Assembly: GCA_963712485.1 (NCBI GenBank)
Contig: CAVQID010000019.1
Location: forward strand, 42,684-106,683
Direction of reading: 5' to 3'
DNA from: an uncultured beta proteobacterium
GTDB taxonomy: Bacteria > Pseudomonadota > Gammaproteobacteria > Burkholderiales > Burkholderiaceae_F
DNA length: 64,000 nucleotides
A program made the translations under genes and the position numbers. How positions within the stretch are numbered: position 1 is the stretch's first letter; every line of letters begins with the position of its first letter. Below the pieces are notes generated by a model. It did not search any database and was not told the origin of the DNA. It saw only the letters and a list, made by a program, of their open reading frames with translations. Below, one piece after another: positions 42,254 through 52,094 of this stretch.

Positions 42254-42814
42254 GTGACCATGCAACAACTGGCCCAGTACGCACGCAGCGCTGCCGCATC
42301 GGCGGTGGTTCTTTTCATGATCGCCGGATGCTCGTCGGTGAAGCTCGACGAGCAGGCGCCCGCGCCGATCGTCGATGCGGGGGCGTCCGGTGCCGGCGCC
42401 GGTGCTGCTGATCCGCGTGCCGTCGCGCCGGTGACCGCGGGCTCGACGGCGGGCGTCGACCCGTTCACGGACCCGAACAACCCGCTGTCCAAGAAGAGTG
42501 TGTTCTTCGACTTCGACAGCTTCGTCGTCAAGAGCGAATTTCAGCCGCTGGTCGAAGCGCATGGCAAGTTTCTCGCGGCCAATGGCGGACGGCAGATCAA
42601 GATCGAAGGCAACACCGATGAACGCGGCGGCCGCGAGTACAACCTCGCCTTGGGCCAAAAGCGTGCCGAGGCGGTGAAGCAGCGTCTGTTGCTCATGGGT
42701 GCACGCGATCAGCAGATCGAGACGGTCAGCTTCGGCAAGGAAAAGCCGCGGGCCACGGGCAGCACGGAGGAAGCCTGGGCGCAGAACCGCCGGGCGGACA
42801 TCGTTTATAAGTAA
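42254..42814 (+). CDS. pal: peptidoglycan-associated lipoprotein Pal
   Basis: Lipobox LFMIAGCSS and an OmpA-like domain (IEGNTDERGGREYNLALGQKRAEAV...NRRADIVY). Confidence 0.93.
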   Translation: MTMQQLAQYARSAAASAVVLFMIAGCSSVKLDEQAPAPIVDAGASGAGAGAADPRAVAPVTAGSTAGVDPFTDPNNPLSKKSVFFDFDSFVVKSEFQPLVEAHGKFLAANGGRQIKIEGNTDERGGREYNLALGQKRAEAVKQRLLLMGARDQQIETVSFGKEKPRATGSTEEAWAQNRRADIVYK

Positions 42815-42817
42815 TTA

Positions 42818-42926
42818 GCGCTGCTTGTGTACGCGCCGCGCTATGCGCGTCGCACGTGCACTCGCAGCGGAATAGTTTGAAGGGCGGGCTTGGGAGCGGC
42901 CCGGCGCCCGCCCTGGTACAACTGCA
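42818..42926 (+). repeat. ~109-nt structured intergenic repeat, copy 1
   Basis: Starts 4 nt after the pal stop codon. It is ~90% identical to 45959-46066 outside a variable hairpin. It contains a perfect 9-bp stem, AGGGCGGGC...GCCCGCCCT. Confidence 0.8.
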
Positions 42927-42979
42927 CGCGGGCTCCTCCTGCCGTCGCCGCACCTGACCCGTCGGAACAAGTGGCTTCT

Positions 42980-43726
42980 ATGAACCTCCGAATCCTCGCA
43001 GCCGCCTTTGCACTGGCCGTTTCGCTGCCGGCGCACGCGCAGCTGTTTGCCGACGATGACGCGCGCAAGGCGATCCTCGAGCTGCGGCAGAAGATCACGC
43101 AGCTGCAGCAGAAGGAGGCCGAACTCGGGTCGCGGCTCGACACAGCGCAGCGCAACCAGCTCGACATGGCGAACCAGAATGACACGCTGCGGCAGGAAAT
43201 TGCGCGCCTGCGCGGCCAGGTCGAATCGCTGACGAACGAGGTGGCGACGCTGCAGAAGCGCAACCGCGACCTGTATACGGATCTCGACGCGCGGCTCAAG
43301 AAGTTCGAGCCCTCCACGCTGACGGTCGACGGCCGCTCGGCGACGGTCGAGCGCGCCGAACAGGCGGCCTACGACGCCGCGCTGGCGCAGTTTCGCGGTG
43401 GCGACTTCCGCGGCTCGATCGGAAGTTTTCAGCAGTTCATCACGCGTTACCCGCCCTCGGCCTACGTGCCGGCGGCGCAGTACTTCATCGGCAGCGCCTA
43501 TTTCGCGCTCAAGGACTACAAGTCCTCGATCGCTGCGAACCAGTTGGTCGTCGACCGCTACAAGGATTCACCGCGTGCGCCCGAGGCCCTGCTGTCGATC
43601 GCCGACAGCCAGCTGCAGTTGGCGGACAAGCGCGGCGCCAATCGAACGTTGACTCGTGTGATCCAGGAATACCCGTCAAGCGAGGCGGCGCTGCTGGCGC
43701 GCGAGCGCCTGCCCGGCACACGCTGA
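42980..43726 (+). CDS. cpoB: cell division coordinator CpoB (YbgF)
   Basis: The signal peptide MNLRILAAAFALAVSLPAHA begins at an internal Met of ORF 42890..43726. It has a coiled-coil N-domain and C-terminal TPR repeats (YFIGSAYFALKDYKSSI...), and is the last gene of the tol-pal operon. Confidence 0.88.
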   Translation: MNLRILAAAFALAVSLPAHAQLFADDDARKAILELRQKITQLQQKEAELGSRLDTAQRNQLDMANQNDTLRQEIARLRGQVESLTNEVATLQKRNRDLYTDLDARLKKFEPSTLTVDGRSATVERAEQAAYDAALAQFRGGDFRGSIGSFQQFITRYPPSAYVPAAQYFIGSAYFALKDYKSSIAANQLVVDRYKDSPRAPEALLSIADSQLQLADKRGANRTLTRVIQEYPSSEAALLARERLPGTR

Positions 43727-43793
43727 ACCGGCGCGAGCAGGACCGCGTGCACGGCGCTTACACTCGCGCGCACCTTCCTTCGCCGAGCCCGCC

Positions 43794-44910
43794 ATGCCGG
43801 CCGCCGATCACGCGTCGCTCTCGTTTTTCGTGCTCACGGCGACCTTCGCTTTGGCGATCGCCTTCGGCGCGATCGTGCAGCGGACCAACTTCTGCACGAT
43901 GGGCAGCGTGGCCGACATCGTCAACTTCGGCGACTGGACGCGCATGCGCCAGTGGCTGCTGGCGATCGCGGTCGCCATCTTCGGGACGACGATCCTTGAT
44001 GCTGCCGGCCTGATCGACGTCCGCGCCAGCTATTACACCTCCGAGCGCTTCACGCCGTTGGCTTATGCGGTCGGCGGCGTGCTGTTCGGCTTCGGCATGG
44101 TGCTGGCCGGCGGCTGTGGCTCCAAGTCGCTGGTCCGCGCCGGCGCCGGCAACCTGAAGGCGCTGGTCGCGCTGCTGGTGCTCGCCGTCGTCGCCTACAT
44201 GACGCTGCGCGGCGTCTTCGCGCTGGTGCGGGTCGGTTGGCTCGAACGTGTCGGCATCACGTTGACCACGCGCCAGGACCTGCCGTCGCTGCTCGCGACG
44301 TCGACGAGATGCACGGGAGGCGTGGCAGCTGGGCCTGGGAGTCACGCTCTTCGGCCTGCTCGCCGCCTTTGCGTTGAGCGAGCGTGCCTTCCGGACCTTC
44401 GACAACCTGCTGGCCGGCGTCGGCATCGGCGCGATCATCGTGGGTGTCTGGTACCTGTCAGGTCACGTTGCGCATGTTGCGGAGCATCCGCAGACGCTGG
44501 AGGAAGCTTTCCTGTGGACCAACTCGCGGCAGATGGAATCGCTGTCGTTCGTGGCCCCGGTCGCCTGGACGCTGGATTACCTGCTGTTCACCAGTGATGC
44601 GAGCAAGGAACTGACGATAGGCATCGTTGCCGTCGTCGGCATGCTGGTCGGATCGGCGAGCTATGCGCTCGCCACCCGGCGCTTCCGCTGGGAAAGTTTC
44701 CGCGATGCCGAAGACACCGGGAACCATCTCGTGGGAGCGGCGCTGATGGGGTTCGGCGGAGTGAGCGCGCTGGGTTGCACGATCGGCCAGGGCCTTTCGG
44801 GCATTTCCACGCTTGCCGCCGGATCGTTCATCGCTCTGGCGGGCATCATCGTGGGCGCCACGCTCGGCGTCCGCTACCAGGCGTGGCGCGTCGAGCGCAT
44901 CGCCGACTGA
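43794..44910 (+). pseudogene. YeeE/YedE-family sulfur-compound transporter, one frame break
   Basis: Two halves lie in different frames, with the break near 44310. The conserved Cys motifs FCTMG, GGCGS and LGCTIGQG are present. Total length is ~372 aa. Confidence 0.8.
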
Positions 44911-45007
44911 CGTCGTCCGGTCGACCGTCCGGCTTGCATGGCAGACTGAACCGCACCATGCTTGCAGCCATCTTGCCGTTTGCGGCGTCATCTTGTTGAG
45001 AGCCACC

Positions 45008-45958
45008 GTGGAAAAGAAGTTCGCTTCGCAGGCCGACCTCGAGGAAAAGAAGGTCAGCTTCGACCGTCTTTCGGATCATGCCTACGCTTACACGGCGGAG
45101 GGCGACCCCAATACCGGCATCGTCATCGGCGATGACGCCGTCATGGTGATCGACGCGCAGGCCACGCCGGTGATGGCGCAGGACGTCATCCGCCACATCC
45201 GCACCGTGACGGACAAGCCGATCAACTACGTCACGCTGACGCACTATCACGCGGTCCGGGTGCTTGGCGCGTCGGGTTACCGGCCGCAGCAAATCATCGC
45301 CAGTCGCGACACCTACGACCTGATCGTCGAGCGTGGCGAACAGGACATGAAGAGCGAGATCGAGCGCTTCCCGCGACTGTTCCGTGCGGTGGAATCCGTG
45401 CCGGGTTTGACATGGCCGACAATCGTTTTCGACAAGCGCCTGACGCTGTGGCTTGGCAAGCTGCAGGTCGAGATCATGCAACTGGGTCGCGGCCACACCA
45501 AGGGCGACACGGTGGTCTGGCTGCCGCAGGAGAGGATCCTGTTCTCCGGCGACCTGGTCGAGTTCGACGCCACGCCATACACCGGCGATGCTTACCTGAC
45601 CGACTGGCCTGCAACGCTCGATGCGATCGGCGCGCTCGGCCCGCAGAAGCTCGTCCCCGGCCGAGGCGCAGCGCTGCAGTCGCCGGAAGCGGTGCGCTCC
45701 GGCCTCGACGGTACGCGGGCGTTCGTCACGGCGATGTTCGAGGCGGTGAAGAGCGGAGCACGGCAAGGCCGTGATCTGCGCTCGGTGTATCGCGATACCT
45801 ATGAGGCGCTGAAGCCGCAGTTCGGTCACTGGGTCATCTTCGATCATTGCCTGCCGTTCGATGTCAGCCGTGCCTATGACGAGGCGACCGGCCACGTGCA
45901 TCCGCGCATCTGGACGGCGCAGCGTGACAAGGATATGTGGGAGGCGCTCGAAGGATAG
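45008..45958 (+). CDS. MBL-fold metallo-hydrolase
   Basis: Likely GTG start at 45008 within ORF 44813..45958. MBL-fold blocks are VMVIDAQAT, a degenerate motif 2 (LTHYHAVRV instead of HxHxDH), GHTKGDTVVWL and FSGDLVE. Confidence 0.75.
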   Translation: MEKKFASQADLEEKKVSFDRLSDHAYAYTAEGDPNTGIVIGDDAVMVIDAQATPVMAQDVIRHIRTVTDKPINYVTLTHYHAVRVLGASGYRPQQIIASRDTYDLIVERGEQDMKSEIERFPRLFRAVESVPGLTWPTIVFDKRLTLWLGKLQVEIMQLGRGHTKGDTVVWLPQERILFSGDLVEFDATPYTGDAYLTDWPATLDAIGALGPQKLVPGRGAALQSPEAVRSGLDGTRAFVTAMFEAVKSGARQGRDLRSVYRDTYEALKPQFGHWVIFDHCLPFDVSRAYDEATGHVHPRIWTAQRDKDMWEALEG

Positions 45959-46066
45959 GCGCTGCTCGTGTACGCGACGGCGTTGCCGTCGCACGTGCAC
46001 TCGCAGCGAATTAGTTAGAAGGGCGGGCTTGGGAGCGGCCCGGCGCCCGCCCTTGGAACAAGTGCA
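45959..46066 (+). repeat. ~108-nt structured intergenic repeat, copy 2
   Basis: Starts 1 nt after the MBL gene stop codon, in the same orientation as copy 1. The variable hairpin GCGACGGC-GTT-GCCGTCGC replaces GCGCCGCGC-TAT-GCGCGTCGC of copy 1. Confidence 0.8.
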
Positions 46067-46096
46067 GGAAATGGGTCGCACAGTCGCCGCGTTGAA

Positions 46097-47760
46097 ATGT
46101 CATCGACCTACAAGGCCCCTGAGTATCCGTATGTGACGCCGCCCGAAATTGCAGCGGGTGGAGTCGCGCGCACGCAGGTCGCGATCGTCGGTGCTGGGCC
46201 GATCGGGCTGGCGGCTGCGATTGACCTGGCGCAGCACGGCATCGACTTCATCATCATCGACGACAACAACACCGTCAGCGTCGGGTCGCGCGCGATCTGT
46301 TATGCGAAGCGTGCGCTCGAGATCCTCGATCGTCTCGGGTGCGGTGAGCCCATCTGCACGCGCGGGGTCAGCTGGAACGTCGGCAAGGTGTTTTTCCACG
46401 ACAAGCTGGCGTACCAGTTCGACCTGCTGCCGGAGCTCGGGCACAAGCGGCCGGCGTTCGTCAACCTGCAGCAGTATCACCTCGAAGAAGCGCTGGTCGA
46501 TCGCCTCGCCGCCCTCGGCCATGTCGTGCGATGGAGGAACAAGGCGGTCGGCATCGAACAGGATGCGCAGGGCGCGCGACTCGCGGTGGAGGCGCCGGAC
46601 GGGCGCTACACGATCCACGCTGCGTACGTGATCGCCGCCGACGGCGCGCGCAGTCCGCTGCGCGACATGCTTGGCCTCGAGTGGAAGGGTCAGGTCTTCC
46701 GTGACCGGTTCCTGATCGCCGACGTGCACATGAAGGGTGACTTTCCGGCGGAGCGCTGGTTCTGGTTCGACCCACCGTTCCATCCGGGGCAATCGGTGCT
46801 GCTGCATCGTCAGGCCGACGATGTCTGGCGCATCGACTTCCAGCTCGGCTGGGATGCCGATCCGGAGGAGGAGAAGAAGCCTGCGCGAGTGGTTCCGCGC
46901 ATCCGCGCGATGCTCGGCGACGAGCGACCGTTCGAACTGGAGTGGGTCAGCGTGTACACGTTCCAGTGCCGCCGCCTGGACCGCTTCGTTCATGGCCGCG
47001 TGATCTTCGCCGGCGATGCGGCGCACCAGGTGTCTCCATTCGGCGCTCGTGGGGCCAACAGCGGCTTTCAGGACACCGACAACCTCTGCTGGAAGCTCGC
47101 GCGCGTGCTGCGCGGGCAATCGCCGGCAATCGCTGCTTGAAAGCTACGACATCGAGCGCGTCGAGGCGGCGGACGAGAACCTGCTGAACTCGACGCGAGC
47201 CACGGACTTCATCACGCCGAAGAGCCCGGCCAGCCGGATGTTCCGCGATGCAGTGCTGTCGCTGTCGCAGCGGCACGCGTTCGCGCGTCGTCTCGTCAAC
47301 AGCGGCCGGCTGTCGATGCCGACGACGCACCGTGCCAGTCCGTTGTCTAGCGTCGATCGCGACGTCTTTGCCGGAAGCATGGTGCCCGGCGCGCCGGCGG
47401 CCGACGCGCCGGTTCGGCTGAAGCGGTCGCGGCGGCTGGCTGCTCGACGAACTGGGCGGCCAGTTCAGCGTGCTGGTGTTCGCACCGGTTGCGCCGGCGT
47501 TCGTCGATGAGCTGCAACGCGAATTCGGCGACGAGCTGCGCGTCATTGTCGTCGTCGAGCGCGAGATCGGCGACGAGCCTGCCGGATGGCGGGTGGTCGA
47601 GGACGCTGAAGGACTGGCGCGACAGCGCTACGACGCCGCGGCCGGGACGGCCTACCTGGTGCGGCCGGACCAGCTGGTGGCAGCGCGCTGGCGCACGCCG
47701 AAAACGGCGGACGTGAGGGAAGCACTGGTACGCGCGCAGGGCGGGAGCGCATTGAAATGA
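46097..47760 (+). pseudogene. FAD-dependent aromatic-ring monooxygenase (PheA/TfdB/MhpA family), two frame breaks
   Basis: Contains QVAIVGAGPIGLAAAIDL, AADGARSPLR, and GRVIFAGDAAHQVSPFGARGANSGFQDTDNL. The C-terminal thioredoxin-like domain lies in two further frames, with breaks near 47128 and 47425. Confidence 0.8.
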
Positions 47761-47954
47761 CGCTGAATACCGAACCGAATATTGCAGCTCCGGACGAGTT
47801 CTACCAGGCGCTGATTGACGCCCATGCGGGCCTGACGGAGCCGCAGAGCGCCGCGCTGAATGCGCGACTCATTCTCCTGCTCGCGAACCAGGTGGGCGAT
47901 GTCGAGACCTTGCGCGCCGCGATCGCCGCTGCGCGCGAGGCGCTCGAAGGCTAG
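47757..47954 (+). CDS. DUF2783-like small protein
   Basis: 65 aa ([37 protein letters not shown]). The ATGA start overlaps the monooxygenase stop. I recall this small family as a companion of such monooxygenases. Confidence 0.6.
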   Translation: MTLNTEPNIAAPDEFYQALIDAHAGLTEPQSAALNARLILLLANQVGDVETLRAAIAAAREALEG

Positions 47955-48559
47955 TCGCGCTTGGTTGCGACCAGCGGAACGACGCCCTCGACATCGATCT
48001 CGATGCGCTTGCGGTTGGCTTCGACCGCGACGAGCGGCGGTACTTCGCGCAGGGTCTGAAGGCTGCGGCGCGTGAGATCCTGGTAGCTGCGCGTACCGCT
48101 CATTTTCCAGGCCACCTCGTCGTCCGACAGGTGCCGCAGGACTTTGGCCGGCGTACCCACGACGAGCGACCGTGGCGGGATCACCATGCCGGCCTTGACG
48201 AAGGCGCACGCCGCGACGATCGCCGATTCGCCGACGACCGCCTCGTCCATCAGCACCGCGTTCATGCCGACCATCGCGTTCTTCTTCACGATGCAGCCGT
48301 GCAGGATCGCGCCGTGACCGATGTGGCCGTCCTCTTCAACGATCGTGTCGGTTCCCGGAAAGCCGTGCATGACGCAGCAGTCCTGCACGTTGCTGCCGCG
48401 CTCGAGGATGATGCGGCCGAAATCGCCGCGCAGGCTCGCCCCCGGTGCGACGTAGCACCCGGGACCGACGATCACGTCACCGATCAGTATCGCCGTCGGA
48501 TGTACGAACGCCGTCGGGTCGACGACCGGTACCAGTCCGTTGATTTCGTAACAAGGCAC
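47951..48559 (-). CDS. paaY: phenylacetic acid degradation protein PaaY (hexapeptide-repeat, gamma-carbonic-anhydrase-like)
   Basis: 202 aa. Begins [50 protein letters not shown]... with left-handed beta-helix hexapeptide repeats, and has the typical PaaY length. Confidence 0.88.
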   Translation of the reverse strand: MPCYEINGLVPVVDPTAFVHPTAILIGDVIVGPGCYVAPGASLRGDFGRIILERGSNVQDCCVMHGFPGTDTIVEEDGHIGHGAILHGCIVKKNAMVGMNAVLMDEAVVGESAIVAACAFVKAGMVIPPRSLVVGTPAKVLRHLSDDEVAWKMSGTRSYQDLTRRSLQTLREVPPLVAVEANRKRIEIDVEGVVPLVATKRD

Positions 48560-48850
48560 GGGGCCTCCTTCACGTGCGCAACCAAAGCGCCGCCGGTCCG
48601 GAGCAGGGCGATCGGATGGCCGCTACTCAACTGAGAGTGTTTGCTAGGGTGCGAGAACGTCTTCTGAAGTTTAGACTCAGTGTCCCATCGCTTCGGCCGC
48701 TTGCCCCGTCATCGCGGCTTGCGGCCAGTCAATAGTCGCTGTCGAGACGAAGCGGACTTCCCGGGATCGACCGGCCGCGATTGCGGCAGCTCCGGTCAGT
48801 GAGTTTTCCGGCAGGCGCGTACGAACCATTGGGAGCGAAGGAGCCATCGC

Positions 48851-50065
48851 ATGAACCCTGCCGACTTGCCATTTCTACCTGCGTGGCCTCCCGCACTGAC
48901 CCCCCTGGCCTGGGTGGCCGTGCTGCTTCTTGCGGCGATCGTCGTGGGCGAAGCCGCAAGGCGTTGGCTGCGCGTCTCGCGCGTGCTGGGGTACCTACTC
49001 GTTGGAGCCTTGCTTGGCCCTCACGCTGCCAACGTGCTCGATGCCGACACTCTGGCATCGCTGCGCGTGTTCGTCGATATCGCTGTGGGACTACTGCTGT
49101 TCGAACTGGGCCAGCGTGTCGATCTCGGATGGCTGCGTCGCAATCCGTGGCTGCTCGCGACCAGCTTGCTCGAGGCGCTGCTGACGCTGGTCGCGGTCTT
49201 TGCGGTAATGCGGCTGTTCGATGTGCCCGCGGTCACCGCGGCGGCCGCTGGCGTGCTGGCCATCGCGACGTCACCGGCGGTAGTGGTCACGCTCATCAAG
49301 GATCTCCGGGCGCAGGGTCAGGTGACCGAGCGCGTGATGCTGTTTACGGCGTTGAACACCGCCTATGCCGTGGTCGGTCTGGCCTTGATCTTCGGTTGGC
49401 TGCACTTCGAAAATGCCCAGACATCGACATTGATGGTCGCCCACCCGCTTTACCTGATCCTCGGCTCGCTGGTTCTGGCAGCACTGCTGGGGGCAGTGAT
49501 GATCCTCTTGTTGCGCTTCTTCGGTCGAAGTCCCGCCTTACAGTTCGCGATCACCGTCGCGCTGGTGCTGCTGACGGTCGCGGCGGCCTCCACCCTGGAT
49601 CTTCTGGTCCCGCTGACCCTGCTGCTCCTCGGGATGCTCGCTCGGGTGTTCGATCGTGACCGGCACTTCGTATCGCTGCGGTTCGGCCAGAGCGCGATGC
49701 TGTTCGTGGTGCTGCTCTTCGCGCTGGCCGGCGCGGGTCTGCAGTTTCAGGGATGGCTGGCCGCGCTCCCGATGGCGCTGGGTTTCATCGCTGCGCGCCA
49801 TGTCGGCAAGCTTGTCCCCATGCTGCTGCTGGCCCGGCCGAGCAGCCTGGCAATGCGCAAGGCGTCCCTCGTGCAGCTCGGCCTCACGCCCATGTCCGGT
49901 CTGGCGTTGCTGATGATGCAGGACCTGGTCCTGCAGGCACCGGCGCTGGCCCAGGGGATTGCCTCAAGCGTGTATCTCGCGATCGCCATTCTGGCGTTCG
50001 CCGGGCCGATGGCACTGCAGTTCGCGCTGCGCCGGGCCGGCGAGACGGCGGAGGACGAGAAATGA
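48851..50065 (+). CDS. cation:proton antiporter (Na+/H+ exchanger family, membrane domain only)
   Basis: 404 aa, ~11-12 TM helices and no KTN/RCK domain. The stop overlaps the next gene's start as ATGA. Confidence 0.8.
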   Translation: MNPADLPFLPAWPPALTPLAWVAVLLLAAIVVGEAARRWLRVSRVLGYLLVGALLGPHAANVLDADTLASLRVFVDIAVGLLLFELGQRVDLGWLRRNPWLLATSLLEALLTLVAVFAVMRLFDVPAVTAAAAGVLAIATSPAVVVTLIKDLRAQGQVTERVMLFTALNTAYAVVGLALIFGWLHFENAQTSTLMVAHPLYLILGSLVLAALLGAVMILLLRFFGRSPALQFAITVALVLLTVAAASTLDLLVPLTLLLLGMLARVFDRDRHFVSLRFGQSAMLFVVLLFALAGAGLQFQGWLAALPMALGFIAARHVGKLVPMLLLARPSSLAMRKASLVQLGLTPMSGLALLMMQDLVLQAPALAQGIASSVYLAIAILAFAGPMALQFALRRAGETAEDEK

Positions 50066-51183
50066 GCGATATGCAATTTGGCCCGTCCAAGGCGCTGACG
50101 TTCGGCATCGAGCTTGAATTGCAGATACTGAACCGGCGCGACTGCGACCTGACGCGCGGTGCGAACGACCTGCTGCGTGTCATCGAGCGCAGCGGCAGCC
50201 AGAGCGACATCAAGCCCGAGATCACTGAGAGCATGATCGAGGTGGCGACCGGCATCCACGAGCGCTATGCGGACGCGCTGGACGAGCTGCGCGGCATCCG
50301 CGACACCGTGGTGACGGCTGCCGACAAGCTGAACCTGCTGATTGCCGGCGGCGGGGCGCATCCGTTCCAGCACTGGAGCGAGCGCAAGATCTTCGACAAG
50401 CCGCGCTTCAAGCAGATCTCCTCGCTGTACGGCTATCTCGCGAAGCAGTTCACGATCTTCGGCCAGCACGTGCACATCGGATGCGCCGACGGCGACAGCG
50501 CGATGTACCTGCTGCACGCGCTGGGCCGCTACGTCCCGCACTTCATCGCTCTCGCCGCTTCGTCGCCTTACCAGCAGGGCGTCGACACCGCATACGACTC
50601 GTCGCGCCTGAATTCGGTTTATGCGTTTCCGCTTTCGGGACGCGCGCCGATCGTCGATCGCTGGGCCGGTTTCGTGACCTACTTCGAGAAGATGCGTGCA
50701 GCGAGCGTGGTTGAAAGCATGAAGGACTTCTACTGGGACATCCGGCCCAAACCCGAATACGGCACGATCGAGGTCCGGGTGTTCGACACGCCGCTCACGG
50801 TCGAAAGGGCGGCCGCGCTGGCCGCGTATGTGCAGGCGCTGGCCCGGCATCTGCTGATCGACCGTCCGATCACCGTCGACGACGACCTGTACCTCACCTA
50901 CACCTACAACCGGTTCCAGGCCTGCCGCTTCGGCCTCGAGGGCCTGATGATCGATCCGGTCTCGCACGAACACGTGCCGATTCACGAGGACATCGGGTCG
51001 ACCTGCGAGCAACTGGCGGTCGACGGACAGGAACTGCAGTCGTCCACGGCCATCGACCTGGTCGCGCGCTGGGCGCGCGAACGCGACAACGATGCGCGCT
51101 GGATGCGCGAACAGTTTGCCGAGACCGAATCCCTAGCGGACCTGATGTGGAAGCAAAGTCGGTACTGGAGAACCGGGGTCTAG
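50062..51183 (+). CDS. ybdK: carboxylate-amine ligase, YbdK / glutamate-cysteine ligase family 2
   Basis: Starts at MSDMQFGPSKALTFGIELELQI within ORF 49753..51183. Contains HVHIG and the YWDIRP...GTIEVRVFD family blocks. Confidence 0.85.
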   Translation: MSDMQFGPSKALTFGIELELQILNRRDCDLTRGANDLLRVIERSGSQSDIKPEITESMIEVATGIHERYADALDELRGIRDTVVTAADKLNLLIAGGGAHPFQHWSERKIFDKPRFKQISSLYGYLAKQFTIFGQHVHIGCADGDSAMYLLHALGRYVPHFIALAASSPYQQGVDTAYDSSRLNSVYAFPLSGRAPIVDRWAGFVTYFEKMRAASVVESMKDFYWDIRPKPEYGTIEVRVFDTPLTVERAAALAAYVQALARHLLIDRPITVDDDLYLTYTYNRFQACRFGLEGLMIDPVSHEHVPIHEDIGSTCEQLAVDGQELQSSTAIDLVARWARERDNDARWMREQFAETESLADLMWKQSRYWRTGV

Positions 51184-51227
51184 GCAGGCGCTCCGCGCCT
51201 ACGCTCGACCTGCAGAGGTCGGCGCCC

Positions 51228-52094
51228 GTGCAGCAGCCGCTGCGCATCGGCGTGTCGGCGCGCATCCTGCACCCGGAAGGCGCGCAGGCACTCGGGTTTC
51301 GCGGCAAGACCCTGCAGTATCTCGAGACCTCGGTGGCGCACTGGCTGATGGCGCACGGCGCGCTCGTCTTCATGGTGCCGACGATTGAATCAGGGTCGCA
51401 GATCCGGCGTGCCAGCATCTCGATGCGCGACTATGTCAACTCCCTCGATGGTCTCGTGCTCCAGGGCGGCGCCGACGTCAGCCCCGAGACTTATCACGAG
51501 CAGCCGCTGCGGCCGGAATGGGCCGGCGACCGCGTGCGCGATATGTACGAGATCGAGATGCTGTGGGCCTTCGTCTTCGAGCAGAAGCCGGTACTCGGCA
51601 TCTGTCGCGGTCTGCAACTGATCAACGTGGCCTTCAACGGATCGCTGTATCAGGACATCCCGACCGAACTGCCGGCCGCCATACGGCACGTCGATTCTGC
51701 CCTTTACGACACCCTGCATCACGACGTCGCGTTGCAGCCGGATTCGCTGCTGACCCGGCTCTACGGGAGCGACGCGCGGCTGCGCGTCAACAGCATCCAC
51801 CACCAGTGCATCAAGCGCCTGGGCAACGGGCTGACGGTCGAGGCGGTGTCACCCGACGACGGAGTCATCGAGGCCGTTCGATGGACCGGTTCGAGCTTCG
51901 TGATGGGCGTTCAGTGGCATCCGGAGTTCCACGCGCCGCAGCAAGGCCACCTGCTCGACAGCGGCCCGGTGGTGTCGAACTTCCTGAACCAGTGCAGCGA
52001 GCGTCGCGGACTGGCGAGCGCGCCCACGCGCGCCGCTGACCGACGTCGCTCGCCCACAGGCCGGTCGGAGGGCGCGACGTCGGTCAGGTCGTAG
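51228..52094 (+). CDS. class-I glutamine amidotransferase, peptidase C26 / gamma-glutamyl-GABA hydrolase (PuuD-like) family
   Basis: Catalytic Cys block VLGICRGLQLINVAFNGSL and His block SIHHQ...VQWHPE. The start is uncertain (GTG at 51228 or ATG at 51147). Confidence 0.8.
   Translation: MQQPLRIGVSARILHPEGAQALGFRGKTLQYLETSVAHWLMAHGALVFMVPTIESGSQIRRASISMRDYVNSLDGLVLQGGADVSPETYHEQPLRPEWAGDRVRDMYEIEMLWAFVFEQKPVLGICRGLQLINVAFNGSLYQDIPTELPAAIRHVDSALYDTLHHDVALQPDSLLTRLYGSDARLRVNSIHHQCIKRLGNGLTVEAVSPDDGVIEAVRWTGSSFVMGVQWHPEFHAPQQGHLLDSGPVVSNFLNQCSERRGLASAPTRAADRRRSPTGRSEGATSVRS

Noticed and set aside
44846-51012. Other long antisense ORFs: 44846..46081, 46100..47119 and 49747..51012. Similar cases elsewhere in the window are 18780..19913 and 20101..20784.
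   Set aside because: Each lies opposite a gene with clear family motifs (MBL hydrolase, FAD monooxygenase, YbdK, RuvB, TonB). The ORF opposite tonB is Gly/Arg-rich only because it is the complement of the Pro-rich TonB linker.
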